64,000 bases of DNA from Methyloligellaceae bacterium (lineage in GTDB: Bacteria; Pseudomonadota; Alphaproteobacteria; Rhizobiales; CBDCYM01): NCBI GenBank assembly GCA_965224165.1, contig CBDCYM010000011.1, positions 3,622,464-3,686,463 of the forward strand. Direction: 5' to 3'. The notes under the pieces were generated by a model. That model searched no databases. It was given only the letters and a program-made list of their open reading frames with translations, and was not told the origin of the DNA. Shown piece by piece: positions 20,292 to 29,523 of the stretch (its first letter is position 1; the number at the start of each line of letters is the position of its first letter). The translations under genes were made by a program, and so were the position numbers.

Positions 20292-21119
20292 ATGCCTGAT
20301 TTTCGCAGAGCTTTAATAGCTTGTGCTGCCTCGCTTCTTCTATGGAACGGTTGCGCTGAGGCAACAGAACGGTCCATCACAGTTGCCTCAACCACATCGA
20401 CAGAAAATTCCGGGCTCTTTAAATACCTTCTCCCACTTTTCCAGAAAAAAACAGGAATCAATGTGCGCGTTGTCGCGGTTGGAACAGGACAAGCGATAAA
20501 GCTTGCTGAAAACGGTGATGCTGATGTCTTGTTTGTCCACCACCGGGCGTCAGAAGAAAAATTTGTGACTCAAGGTTATGGGGTCAAGCGTTTCGATGTG
20601 ATGTATAATGATTTCGTAATTGTTGGCCCCAAGCAGGACCCAGCAAAAATTAAAGGGAAGAAGGACGCCGCCACCGTTCTTAACAAAATTGCAAAAAGCA
20701 AAACGCAATTTGTCTCCCGCGGTGATAATTCAGGAACCCATAAGAAAGAACTGGAACTCTGGCGCGCAAGCAAAACCGATCCGAAAAGCGGTTCGGGTCA
20801 ATGGTATCTTGAAGCTGGCGCAGGAATGGGAGCTGTTCTAAATATGGCAGCCGCGCGGAACGCCTACACGCTCACTGACCGCGGCACGTGGCTTAGCTTC
20901 AACAATAAGCGTGATCTAAAGATCCTTATCGAAGGCGATAAACGGCTCTTCAATCCATACGGCATTATTTTAGTTAATCCCAAGCGCTTCAAACATATTA
21001 AAGCCAATCACGGCCAAGCTTTTATTGATTGGCTCATCTCGCCCGAAGGCCAAGCGGCAATTGCAGCCTATCAAGTAGATGGGGAACAGCTCTTCTATGC
21101 AAATGCTCACACTCATTAA
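20292..21119 (+). CDS. Periplasmic oxyanion-binding protein, TupA/tungstate-type PBP (orphan)
   Basis: Signal peptide, a TTSTENSGL motif and overall PBP-like layout. No permease or ATPase gene is adjacent. Confidence 0.6.
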   Translation: MPDFRRALIACAASLLLWNGCAEATERSITVASTTSTENSGLFKYLLPLFQKKTGINVRVVAVGTGQAIKLAENGDADVLFVHHRASEEKFVTQGYGVKRFDVMYNDFVIVGPKQDPAKIKGKKDAATVLNKIAKSKTQFVSRGDNSGTHKKELELWRASKTDPKSGSGQWYLEAGAGMGAVLNMAAARNAYTLTDRGTWLSFNNKRDLKILIEGDKRLFNPYGIILVNPKRFKHIKANHGQAFIDWLISPEGQAAIAAYQVDGEQLFYANAHTH

Positions 21120-21191
21120 TTGTTGCGTCTGGACTAATTTTTCACACTAGAGCGACAAGCTGATCAGTTTCAAACTCGCTAAGCCATGACT

Positions 21192-21548
21192 CTACCAGTG
21201 CCAACGCCCTTGCAAAAGATTATCCAGAGTGCCAGGAGAGCAGACATCATTCTCTCCGATGCAATCCCAGAAATCCAAATAGTATTTCCTGAGGGTATAC
21301 CGGCAGTTAAATTCACAATCCGTCCATCCCCAATTGGGAACGAGAACTTGATAACCAAGACGTGTTCGCCGGACAGGTGCAGTAACGGTACGATTATCTA
21401 GTTGGCTTTCCGCCGTCACATATCCCCCGCGATAATTCTCTCGCTTGTTATATCCTGTGGCTGAAGCTTCCACCACGGCAAACATCGTAAGGGCAGAGAC
21501 GATCAGCCCCACTACAAAACTCTTTTGTTCTAATACCCGTGTCATCAC
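21192..21548 (-). CDS. Small secreted protein, paralog A (unknown family)
   Basis: Signal-like N-terminus. Shares YVTA-x-S...TAPVRRTRLG-x-QV...C-E-x-x-CRYTLR...DFW with the neighbouring ORF 21697-22032. Confidence 0.65.
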   Translation of the reverse strand: MMTRVLEQKSFVVGLIVSALTMFAVVEASATGYNKRENYRGGYVTAESQLDNRTVTAPVRRTRLGYQVLVPNWGWTDCEFNCRYTLRKYYLDFWDCIGENDVCSPGTLDNLLQGRWHW

Positions 21549-21696
21549 TAGCCCCTGTCTGAAATTATTGACCTTTATGTGAATTCATGATTCTCATCAA
21601 ACTATGGCATGAACAAAGCAAAATAACAAAAAAGGCGCCAAGAAATAGCGCCTTGCAAAAGTCAAAACGTCGTACGAAATCTAAAAAAGCAAGCCT

Positions 21697-22032
21697 CTAA
21701 CGACGGCCGCCATCCCCAGCTTCTTCACTAAGTGTATTCCAGAAATCAATCGTCTGCCGGCGAAGCGTATATCGACAAGTCACTTCGCAATAAACCCAAG
21801 GACCACCAGGTAGCTTGACCTGATCACCCAGTCGTGTTCTGCGAACGGGAGCTGTAATTCTTTCGTTTACATCGTAATTGCTGACCGCAGTTACATAACG
21901 ATATTTATGGGATTTTCTTTTGTGCGCCGATATATCGCCAATGTTCGAAACAAGAAAAGCGGCACTAAGAGCTACAGCCGTTAAAACTTTGAGTGTGTTT
22001 CTTCCAGTCATCATTCTCATCCTCTTTCCCAC
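21697..22032 (-). CDS. Small secreted protein, paralog B (unknown family)
   Basis: Signal peptide (LKVLTAVALSAAFLVSNIGDISA). Conserved core shared with 21192-21548. Confidence 0.65.
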   Translation of the reverse strand: MGKRMRMMTGRNTLKVLTAVALSAAFLVSNIGDISAHKRKSHKYRYVTAVSNYDVNERITAPVRRTRLGDQVKLPGGPWVYCEVTCRYTLRRQTIDFWNTLSEEAGDGGRR

Positions 22033-22248
22033 GGAATTACTGAAAGTTGCCCCCTAAGAGTCTATTCCATAATGTTAGATAGTTTTGGCGCTCATCTTAG
22101 GCATAGAGCATAATTTTTGGCCAATCGCATTCCTGTGAACTTTTTGTTACGGGACGGGTATTGGCTATTTGCCAGATCGCAGTCTTATTTTATCGGTATC
22201 AAAGATAGTCTGCATATGGTGTCGCATTATCGGAACACAATAAGACTA

Positions 22249-22513
22249 GGTCACGAACTCATAAATGTGCTGAAAATGGCGCTAGAAACGGCAAAAAGAT
22301 GCGAGGAGAAGCGTGCAGACAAGGGTTGTTTCCCTTTTCAAGCGTTTCGACGCTGCAGATTGAAGCCGTTTCAGCGTCCGGAGAATATGGCCAATCTGTC
22401 CGACTACAGCGTCGCAAAGGTTTGAAAATGCACCACATTTCCTGCACCTTTGCTTCTCGTATTCGAATAGATTGGCTCATACCATTTTTAACCACATTTA
22501 TGAGTTCGTGACC
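22249..22513. mobile_element. MITE-like non-autonomous element, complete short form (265 bp)
   Basis: ~21-bp terminal inverted repeats ggtcacgaactcataaatgtg / cacatttatgagttcgtgacc, with TA on both flanks. About 98% identical over ~137 bp to the inverted copy at 41515-41650. No ORF of transposase size. Confidence 0.7.
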
Positions 22514-22522
22514 TAAAGCGTT

Positions 22523-23251
22523 ATGATGAGCCCAAATAACAAAATTTTTCAGTATTGTGAGCGCGGTCTAAATCCTCATTTCTGGGCAGAACCTTTAAAT
22601 GCGACTACCAATGTTTTTTTCATCCTTGCTGCATTGGTGGCATTGATCCACCTCCTCAACCGCCCTCGTGAAATGCGCCACGGGATTCATTACCTATTGA
22701 TTTTCTTAGTTTTTGCGATTGGGATTGGCAGTTTTCTTTTCCACACTCATGCCAATCGATGGAGTTCGCTTGCGGATGTCATTCCAATAGGACTCTTCAT
22801 GCTTGTTTATTTAGGAACAGCCCTTAACCGTTTCTTACATGTGTCCGCCGGATGGACGGCCCTGCTTATTATCTTATTTGCTTGCTCATTTGTGCTTGCC
22901 ATTCAACTCAGATGCATAGACAGCCTTATTCCTGTTGGCATTGATGCAAGAATTGGAAAACCTTGTTTCAATGGCAGTATTGGTTATGTGCCAGCCTTGT
23001 TAGTGATGCTCGTTATTGGTGGGTTACTTCTGCATATCAAGCATATTTCCGGACCTTATATTATGACCGCCGGCTTTTTATTTTTTGTATCTCTCACATT
23101 TCGTTCACTGGATTGGATGCTCTGCAATCAGGTAGCAACACTGGATCATAAAATAGGGACACATTTTGCCTGGCACACATTAAATGCACTCATACTTTTT
23201 TTGCTGCTGAAAGCTGTAATTGGCTCATCCCATTTTAAACCACATTTATGA
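22523..23251 (+). CDS. Polytopic membrane protein, ceramidase-like (7-TM hydrolase superfamily)
   Basis: The N-terminal YCERGLNPHFWAEPLNATTNVFFI resembles the alkaline ceramidase family. About 7 hydrophobic helices with His-rich loops. Both the start and the stop lie in or next to MITE-end sequence. Confidence 0.5.
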   Translation: MMSPNNKIFQYCERGLNPHFWAEPLNATTNVFFILAALVALIHLLNRPREMRHGIHYLLIFLVFAIGIGSFLFHTHANRWSSLADVIPIGLFMLVYLGTALNRFLHVSAGWTALLIILFACSFVLAIQLRCIDSLIPVGIDARIGKPCFNGSIGYVPALLVMLVIGGLLLHIKHISGPYIMTAGFLFFVSLTFRSLDWMLCNQVATLDHKIGTHFAWHTLNALILFLLLKAVIGSSHFKPHL

Positions 23252-23261
23252 GTCCGTGACC
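23222..23261. repeat. Solo right end of the MITE-like family
   Basis: ggctcatcccattttaaaccacatttatgagtccgtgacc matches the right end of 22249-22513 and is followed by TA. It contains the stop codon of the 22523-23251 CDS. Confidence 0.7.
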
Positions 23262-23455
23262 TAACGCGGTAAAATTCCAATAAATCTCGTAGAAATTAGA
23301 GAGAAAACACATCAATATCCAATAATTATTACAAGAAATTAATTTTTATTTATAATAAATTAATGTATTAAAAAAATTAATACACCAATTTACACTTATT
23401 AAACCCTAAACATTAAGTTACTTTTATAAGATCTATCATATTTTAGCCTAAAATA

Positions 23456-24352
23456 ATGTCTGTTAGGCGTATATGCATGTCCGGGCTATCTTACAAACGC
23501 AAACACCATAAAACGTTAAGTTCCGAGTATTCTGAACTTCTCAGTAGCGCTATGTTGCGTCAACGGGCGGCAATTGCGGAGCGGGCACGCCGTGTTGAAG
23601 CGGAGCAGGCAAACAAGATCAAGTCCATGTTCATAGCCAATATGAGCCACGAGCTGCGAACGCCGCTAAATGCCATTATTGGTTTTTCCCGCTTCCTGAA
23701 AAAGATTGACGAGCATGACATCAAGTCGGAGCAAGTCATAGAATACTCTGGTTACATTGCTGATACAGCACAACATCTTCTCGAAATAATAAACGACGTT
23801 CTTGACATATCGAAAATTCAGTGCGGCAAGACAGAAATTGATGAGCAAAACATTCTCATCGGTGAGGTCCTTATGTCGAGCCTAACGCTGGTTAGAATAG
23901 CTGCAGAGGAGGCGGGAGTTCGTTTGCTTGAGGACATTCCAAGCAACCTTCCACTGATTATTGGCGACCCCGTAAAACTGCGGCAGATTTTTGCAAATCT
24001 TCTCAGCAACGCTGTGAAGTTCACGCCACCTTCAGGCACTGTACAGATCGTCGCACAGATTGTGTCTGAAGCATATATGAAAATCAGCATTATGGATTCT
24101 GGAGCGGGAATGACTGAAGAGGAGATTTCAATCGCAATAAAACCCTTCGGCCAAGTCGAAAGTGAACTCAATCGCAAATTTGAAGGAACTGGTCTTGGGC
24201 TTCCGATTGCGAAAGCCTATGTTGAGCTGCATGGTGGGCAATTAGAAATCAAAAGTGAAAAGAGTGTTGGCACTACAGTCTCGGTGTTTTTACCGCTTTG
24301 CCAGACCAAGGGGGCAGGCAGTACTAACCAATTGCCAAATATACAAAGTTAA
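23456..24352 (+). CDS. Soluble histidine kinase (HisKA + HATPase_c, no obvious sensor domain)
   Basis: H-box SHELRTPLNAIIGFS, N-box NLLSNAVKFT, G-boxes DSGAGM and GTGLGLPIAK. No TM segment. Confidence 0.85.
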   Translation: MSVRRICMSGLSYKRKHHKTLSSEYSELLSSAMLRQRAAIAERARRVEAEQANKIKSMFIANMSHELRTPLNAIIGFSRFLKKIDEHDIKSEQVIEYSGYIADTAQHLLEIINDVLDISKIQCGKTEIDEQNILIGEVLMSSLTLVRIAAEEAGVRLLEDIPSNLPLIIGDPVKLRQIFANLLSNAVKFTPPSGTVQIVAQIVSEAYMKISIMDSGAGMTEEEISIAIKPFGQVESELNRKFEGTGLGLPIAKAYVELHGGQLEIKSEKSVGTTVSVFLPLCQTKGAGSTNQLPNIQS

Positions 24353-24381
24353 GTGTTTTGATTTTGGGTGGGGATGTTTCT

Positions 24382-26133
24382 ATGAATTTAAATGGCAAGT
24401 ATCAATCTCAGTCGGGCAATAAGGGCGCGAAATCGATAGGCCGCATCGTTTCTGTTTCTGGCTCACAAGCAATCGTGCTTTTGGATCATGCAACAAGCGC
24501 AGATGGCATGAAACGAATGCAGCACGCAGAAATAGGAACCCTCTTAAAAGTTGAAACATCGGAAGGCGTCGTTCTCGGCTTAGTCTCAGCGCTGAGTGTG
24601 CCCGTTCCATCTCAATCTAAAGATGACCAGGAAATCTGGATAGCTGAATTGGAACTTGTCGGTGAATTACGAAAACAATTAGATAGTCCCTTGGGGTCGT
24701 TCCATCGCGGTGTTTCTATATATCCAACCCTTGGCGATCGCGTTTTTGTAGCAACGCATGAAGAACTTGAAATAGCTTATTCCTGGGACAGTGATAGCGC
24801 TATTAATATAGGTCAGATCTGTCAAGACTCCTCTATTCCCGCCATGGTCAAAGTTGACGAATTACTTGGGAAGCATTTCGGAATCCTCGGTACAACCGGA
24901 ACAGGCAAATCATGTGCCGTGGCAGTTGTGCTTCGGTCGATCCTTATGCAGAACCCCCAAGCACACATTATGCTGTTAGATCCACATAACGAATACGCCG
25001 CTTCCTTCCATGAAAAAGCGGAAATCATATCACCGAGCGATCTTACTCTGCCTTATTGGTTTCTTACATTTGAAGAAATTATTGAAGTTTTGGTTTCTGA
25101 TAACAGCGGAAGAGCATCTCAGATCGAAATTCTTAGTGACCTGATCCCTATCGCCAAAGCTCAATACGGATCCAAGAGTGTCAATCGATCAAGCAAACTG
25201 TCTTCAAAAAAATGGATGAATGAAAATCTTGGATTTTCTGCTGATACCCCTGTTCCCTATCGTCTTTCCGATCTCTTAAATCTCATCAATGACCGAATGG
25301 GAATGTTTGAATATCAGAAGGACTTATGGCCTCTCAAACAGCTCAAGCAGCGCATAGAAGCTATAACAAAAGACCCCCGTTACGCCTTCATGTTTGATAG
25401 CTTAACCGTCCAAGACCACATGGCAAATTTTCTCGGGCGCATGTTCAGAATTCCGGTAAACAACAAGCCAATTACCATATTGCAACTCACAGGCTTACCC
25501 TCCGAAGTCGTCAATGTTGTTGTATCGGTTCTTTGCAGGATGACCTTTGATTTTGGTCTCTGGAGCGATGGGATGATACCTCTCACACTCGTCTGTGAAG
25601 AAGCGCACCGCTATATTCCGAACGATCACACGCTTGGTTTTGAACCAACACGTCGTGCCATTGCTCGCATTGCAAAGGAGGGCAGAAAATATGGCGTATC
25701 GCTTTGTATTGTAAGTCAGCGTCCTTCAGAACTCGACCAAACAATTCTGTCTCAGTGTAACACTGTATTCGCGATGCGCATGTCTAATGAGCGTGATCAA
25801 AAAATTGTGCATGCAGCCGTTTCAGATGTTGGTGCAGGCATGCTTGAATTTTTGCCTTCGCTTGGCACAAGAGAAGCCGTAGCTTTTGGTGATGGTGTTC
25901 CTCTTCCCGTTCGTATCCGCTTTAATAAACTAACTGATGAAGCAATGCCAAAAGGCCGGACCGCTCAATTTACTGAGAAATGGCGCCAACAAATCGGCAA
26001 TGAAGCCTTCCTCAATGCTGTAGTCCAACGTTGGCGTGCAGCAGGTTCACCTGTTGCAGCGACGCAATCGTCTGCGCCAACACCTCCCCCGCCACGCCCA
26101 ACCCCCAATATGGTTGCCCCCGGGCAATCATGA
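24382..26133 (+). CDS. HerA-like (DUF87/FtsK-HerA superfamily) P-loop ATPase
   Basis: HAS-barrel-like N-terminus (IGRIVSVSGSQAIVLL...VLGLVSAL), Walker A GTTGTGKS, Walker B-like LVCEEAHRY. The start could be the TTG at 24358, which lies 5 nt after the HK stop. Confidence 0.75.
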   Translation: MNLNGKYQSQSGNKGAKSIGRIVSVSGSQAIVLLDHATSADGMKRMQHAEIGTLLKVETSEGVVLGLVSALSVPVPSQSKDDQEIWIAELELVGELRKQLDSPLGSFHRGVSIYPTLGDRVFVATHEELEIAYSWDSDSAINIGQICQDSSIPAMVKVDELLGKHFGILGTTGTGKSCAVAVVLRSILMQNPQAHIMLLDPHNEYAASFHEKAEIISPSDLTLPYWFLTFEEIIEVLVSDNSGRASQIEILSDLIPIAKAQYGSKSVNRSSKLSSKKWMNENLGFSADTPVPYRLSDLLNLINDRMGMFEYQKDLWPLKQLKQRIEAITKDPRYAFMFDSLTVQDHMANFLGRMFRIPVNNKPITILQLTGLPSEVVNVVVSVLCRMTFDFGLWSDGMIPLTLVCEEAHRYIPNDHTLGFEPTRRAIARIAKEGRKYGVSLCIVSQRPSELDQTILSQCNTVFAMRMSNERDQKIVHAAVSDVGAGMLEFLPSLGTREAVAFGDGVPLPVRIRFNKLTDEAMPKGRTAQFTEKWRQQIGNEAFLNAVVQRWRAAGSPVAATQSSAPTPPPPRPTPNMVAPGQS

Positions 26134-26252
26134 TACTCTTATAGAAGACGGCAATAACTTTAATTTATGGATCCCCATTAATTTTCTTCCGCATTATGCG
26201 GAAGAAAATTGCCGTCCTGGTTCAAATTAAAATAGAAAGAACCTCGTTGCGA

Positions 26253-26801
26253 ATGGAAGAACTTCAGAGGAATTATCAAGGTCAACTTATAACTCTTGCC
26301 TCTCGACCTGAGCTTTTACCTCAGATTGAAACAATTTTCTTCACATCATCAAATATCCAAAATTTTGCATCAGAAATTGATCGCCAATTATTTCGTGACA
26401 AATGGCTCGGGCAATATGTTGAGCATATGGCTGAACATATACTTGTTGTAACGTATCAAAACAAAGTACGGGGATATCTAACCGGCTGCCTGGACAGTAT
26501 GAAAGCTGCTCATCTCTTCCAAAACATAAACTATTACAACATGCTTACAAGTCATTATTCGGCTTACCCAGCCCACTTTCATATCAACGTGCACACTGAA
26601 GATCGCAACAAAGGTATTGGTACCAAGCTGGTTTCCGCATTTCTTGATATCTGTCGTGAAAGATCAACTTCAGGCGTACATGTCGTAACGAATAAAAATG
26701 CACGTAACGTAAATTTCTATCATCACAGTGGGTTCAAACCGGTTACCTTCTTGCAAAGCGACAAAAATGAACTCGTGATGCTAGGCCGTACATTTGAATA
26801 A
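26253..26801 (+). CDS. GNAT-family N-acetyltransferase
   Basis: Acetyl-CoA motif RNKGIGTKLV, then the NFYHHSGFKP C-terminal GNAT pattern. An alternative start exists at 26196. Confidence 0.65.
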   Translation: MEELQRNYQGQLITLASRPELLPQIETIFFTSSNIQNFASEIDRQLFRDKWLGQYVEHMAEHILVVTYQNKVRGYLTGCLDSMKAAHLFQNINYYNMLTSHYSAYPAHFHINVHTEDRNKGIGTKLVSAFLDICRERSTSGVHVVTNKNARNVNFYHHSGFKPVTFLQSDKNELVMLGRTFE

Positions 26802-26843
26802 ACCAAAAATTATCCCAGCGAGATAATATTTGGTCAAAAGCGG

Positions 26844-27758
26844 CTAACCCAACTTATCTCCGACCTTTAGAGCACAAGCGCTCGCCCATTCCGTAGCCGT
26901 TTGCTTAGCCAAACCCTTTGGCCGGACTCGCTTTAAAATTAAGTACCCTCCATCAGCAGCGACGGAGACACCATCCTCCGTAATTGCAAGAACTTCTCCC
27001 ACATCACCTTTATCTCCATCAACCTTACTGCAATCGTAGATTTGCACCTCTTCGTCCCCGCAAATTGTCCAGGCGCCAGGCTGAGGATTACATCCACGAA
27101 TAAGATTGTGGACTTCATGAACAGGTTTTGCCCAATCAATTTCAGCATGTTCCTTTTTGCACCAGCTTTCGTAAGTTGCCTGAGAATGGTCTTGTTCTAC
27201 ACGAGATGCGGTGCCTTTACGGACCAGATCAAGTGCTTCGATCATAGCGTCAACACCGAGGGGGAAGAGATGGTTGAAGTAGAGCGTCCCTAAAGTATCA
27301 TCAGGGCCAATTTCAACCTCTTTCTGTAACAATATAGGGCCTTCATCAAGTCCTTCGTCTGGCCAAAAAATCGTAAGCCCTGTTTTTGTCTCCCCTTGAA
27401 TAATGGGCCAATTAATTGAACTTGGACCACGATGTTTGGGAAGCAACGAAGGATGATATTGGATAGTACCGTGGTGTGGAATATCAAGCACTCTTTGCGG
27501 AACCAGAAGTGTAACATAGGCCATCAAACAGATATCTGGCCTGTAGCTTTGCATGACTTCTGCGGCGGCATCTGTCTTCCATGATTTTGGTTGATGGACT
27601 GGAAGGTTTTGCTCCTCTGCAAATACTTTCAACACATCTGGTTTGCTACCTGGGCGATCCGGAGCACAAAACACCGCAACCACATTCTCATCACGCTCAA
27701 GGAGTTTTTCCAGGACCGCCTTGCCAAAAGCCTGTTGGCCGTGAACTGCAATTCGCAT
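26844..27758 (-). CDS. Formyltransferase (Fmt/methionyl-tRNA formyltransferase family)
   Basis: HPSLLPKHRGPSSINWPI catalytic block, with N- and C-terminal Fmt-like domains. Confidence 0.8.
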   Translation of the reverse strand: MRIAVHGQQAFGKAVLEKLLERDENVVAVFCAPDRPGSKPDVLKVFAEEQNLPVHQPKSWKTDAAAEVMQSYRPDICLMAYVTLLVPQRVLDIPHHGTIQYHPSLLPKHRGPSSINWPIIQGETKTGLTIFWPDEGLDEGPILLQKEVEIGPDDTLGTLYFNHLFPLGVDAMIEALDLVRKGTASRVEQDHSQATYESWCKKEHAEIDWAKPVHEVHNLIRGCNPQPGAWTICGDEEVQIYDCSKVDGDKGDVGEVLAITEDGVSVAADGGYLILKRVRPKGLAKQTATEWASACALKVGDKLG

Positions 27759-27846
27759 TGAAATACCCCTTATAAATTTGTTTCAATCAACGGACATTTT
27801 ATCAGGGCATTTTAGTATAACCTATTACTGTTTGGAGATAACTCTT

Positions 27847-28614
27847 ATGAACAAACATATTAGTGTGGAAGAAAAAGGCTCAGTTCTCATTCTTCGTATC
27901 AATCGCCCTGAGAAGAAAAACGCTCTGACAGTCGCTATGTATGCTGAAATGGCCGGTGCAATTCAGCGATTGGATCAGGAGTCTAAGTTACGTATATTGG
28001 TTATTTTGGGACATGAAGCGGCTTTCTCCGCGGGAAATGATATTTCCGATTTTCTAAACAATCCGCCACAAGATGCATCAAGTCCTGTTATCCGGTTCTT
28101 AACATTGCTGTCCCAAACGTCAAAACCCGTTATAGCCGGAGTTCAAGGCCATGCCGTTGGCATTGGCACAACCATGCTTCTTCATTGCGACCTGGTTTAT
28201 GCTGCCGAAAATGCCATGTTTCAACTACCGTTTGTCAATCTTGGGCTTGTACCCGAGGCCGCTTCAAGCTTGCTGCTGCCGCGCCTAATTGGTCCTCAAC
28301 GTGCAGCGGAACTTTTTTATTTTGGCGAACCTTTCAGCGTAGAGGTCGCACACCAGATCGGCCTTGTTAACGAGATTACCCCGTCTGAAGAAGTTGTTGA
28401 AACAGCCCTTACGCGTGCGGCAAAGCTGAGTGCGTTGCCACCGGGTGCGGTTCGGGCAACTAAGCAGCTCTTGCGATTGGATCAAGATAACGTCGCAGCC
28501 CGCATGCAAGAAGAGATGCGTCTATTTGTCGACCGGCTTAAATCACCCGAGGCTCAAGAGGCGTTCATGGCGTTCATGGACAAAAGACCAGCAGATTTTT
28601 CACGTTTTGATTAA
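27847..28614 (+). CDS. Enoyl-CoA hydratase/isomerase (crotonase) family protein
   Basis: ILRINRPEKKNAL...FSAGNDISDF...GHAVGIGTTMLLHCDL. GGAG Shine-Dalgarno before the ATG at 27847. Confidence 0.85.
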   Translation: MNKHISVEEKGSVLILRINRPEKKNALTVAMYAEMAGAIQRLDQESKLRILVILGHEAAFSAGNDISDFLNNPPQDASSPVIRFLTLLSQTSKPVIAGVQGHAVGIGTTMLLHCDLVYAAENAMFQLPFVNLGLVPEAASSLLLPRLIGPQRAAELFYFGEPFSVEVAHQIGLVNEITPSEEVVETALTRAAKLSALPPGAVRATKQLLRLDQDNVAARMQEEMRLFVDRLKSPEAQEAFMAFMDKRPADFSRFD

Positions 28615-28655
28615 TATCTGAGAAACACTTAGAGATGAGGTTCGTAGCTAAAGCC

Positions 28656-29510
28656 TTAGATCATATCGTATTTGAAGGTCTCGCCTATTTTTTGAGCTGC
28701 CCGCTTCATGCTTGGCACAAATTTGAGGATCTGTGTTAAACTGGCTCGGACTTCTGGCGCTGAAACAGCAATACCGCCAACAACTTCGCCATTAGAGGTA
28801 ATCACGGGAACAGCCACACAGACCACCCCAGAAATAAATTCTTGGTCATCCGTCCCTATCATTCGATCCCGAATTTCCAGCAGCTCTTCCTCTAACAGTT
28901 TTTTATCTGTTACAGTTTTGGCTGTGTAGCGGTTAAGCGGCATAGTGTCGAGCAGCGGTCGCTTCACATCTTCCGGCTGCAAACTTAACAACAACTTACC
29001 ATTTGCCGTGCAATGGGCAGGAACACGACTACCTGCTTCGAAGCGAAGCCCTAAAGGCCATTTTGTTTCGACACGGTCGATATAGATGACCTCAATACCT
29101 GCAAGAATACCGAAATTACACGTCTCACCAAGTTGTTCTGAAAGGTTCCGTAAAATTGCATGACGAACATTGCGTGGAGCGGCCGCCGTAAGCGTATCTA
29201 AGGCAAACTTTACCAAGCGTGCGCCCTCGATATACCCTTTTTGCAAAGGGTCGCGTTCAATGAAACCAATATCGTTGAGAATACAGACAATGCGATGTGC
29301 GGTCGACTTGGTCATTCCTGTCGTTCGGGCAAGCTCAGTCGTTGATAGGGGCTTTGGGCTTGTTGTGATAGCTTCGAGGATAGAAAACGCTTTTCCCATT
29401 GCGCCAAGTTTCAGGAGCTGTTCAGCCCCCTCTCGGTGATCACCATCCGTTTTATTCTCCCCTTGAGCACCCGATATTGTCACTGAATTTTCTGCTTCAT
29501 TTTCTGACAT
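28656..29510 (-). CDS. IclR-family transcriptional regulator
   Basis: wHTH (LSTTELARTTGMTKSTAHRIVCIL) plus an IclR effector domain (GIAVSAP). Confidence 0.85.
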   Translation of the reverse strand: MSENEAENSVTISGAQGENKTDGDHREGAEQLLKLGAMGKAFSILEAITTSPKPLSTTELARTTGMTKSTAHRIVCILNDIGFIERDPLQKGYIEGARLVKFALDTLTAAAPRNVRHAILRNLSEQLGETCNFGILAGIEVIYIDRVETKWPLGLRFEAGSRVPAHCTANGKLLLSLQPEDVKRPLLDTMPLNRYTAKTVTDKKLLEEELLEIRDRMIGTDDQEFISGVVCVAVPVITSNGEVVGGIAVSAPEVRASLTQILKFVPSMKRAAQKIGETFKYDMI

Positions 29511-29523
29511 TTCTCAAAAGAAT

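Noticed and set aside
22259-22511. ORFs inside the MITE copies that give a 'conserved peptide' (…EAVSASGEYGQSVRLQRRKGLKMHHISCTF…), also at 41517-41781.
   Set aside because: The conservation is explained by DNA repeat identity. The few nucleotide differences between copies are all non-synonymous in these frames. There is no RBS, and the ORFs run through the terminal inverted repeats.
26182-26208. Perfect palindrome ttttcttccgca-tta-tgcggaagaaaa, considered as a rho-independent terminator of the HerA-like gene.
   Set aside because: No U-tract follows the stem on either strand. It is mentioned only as a possible operator or RNA stem in the HK-HerA-GNAT finding.
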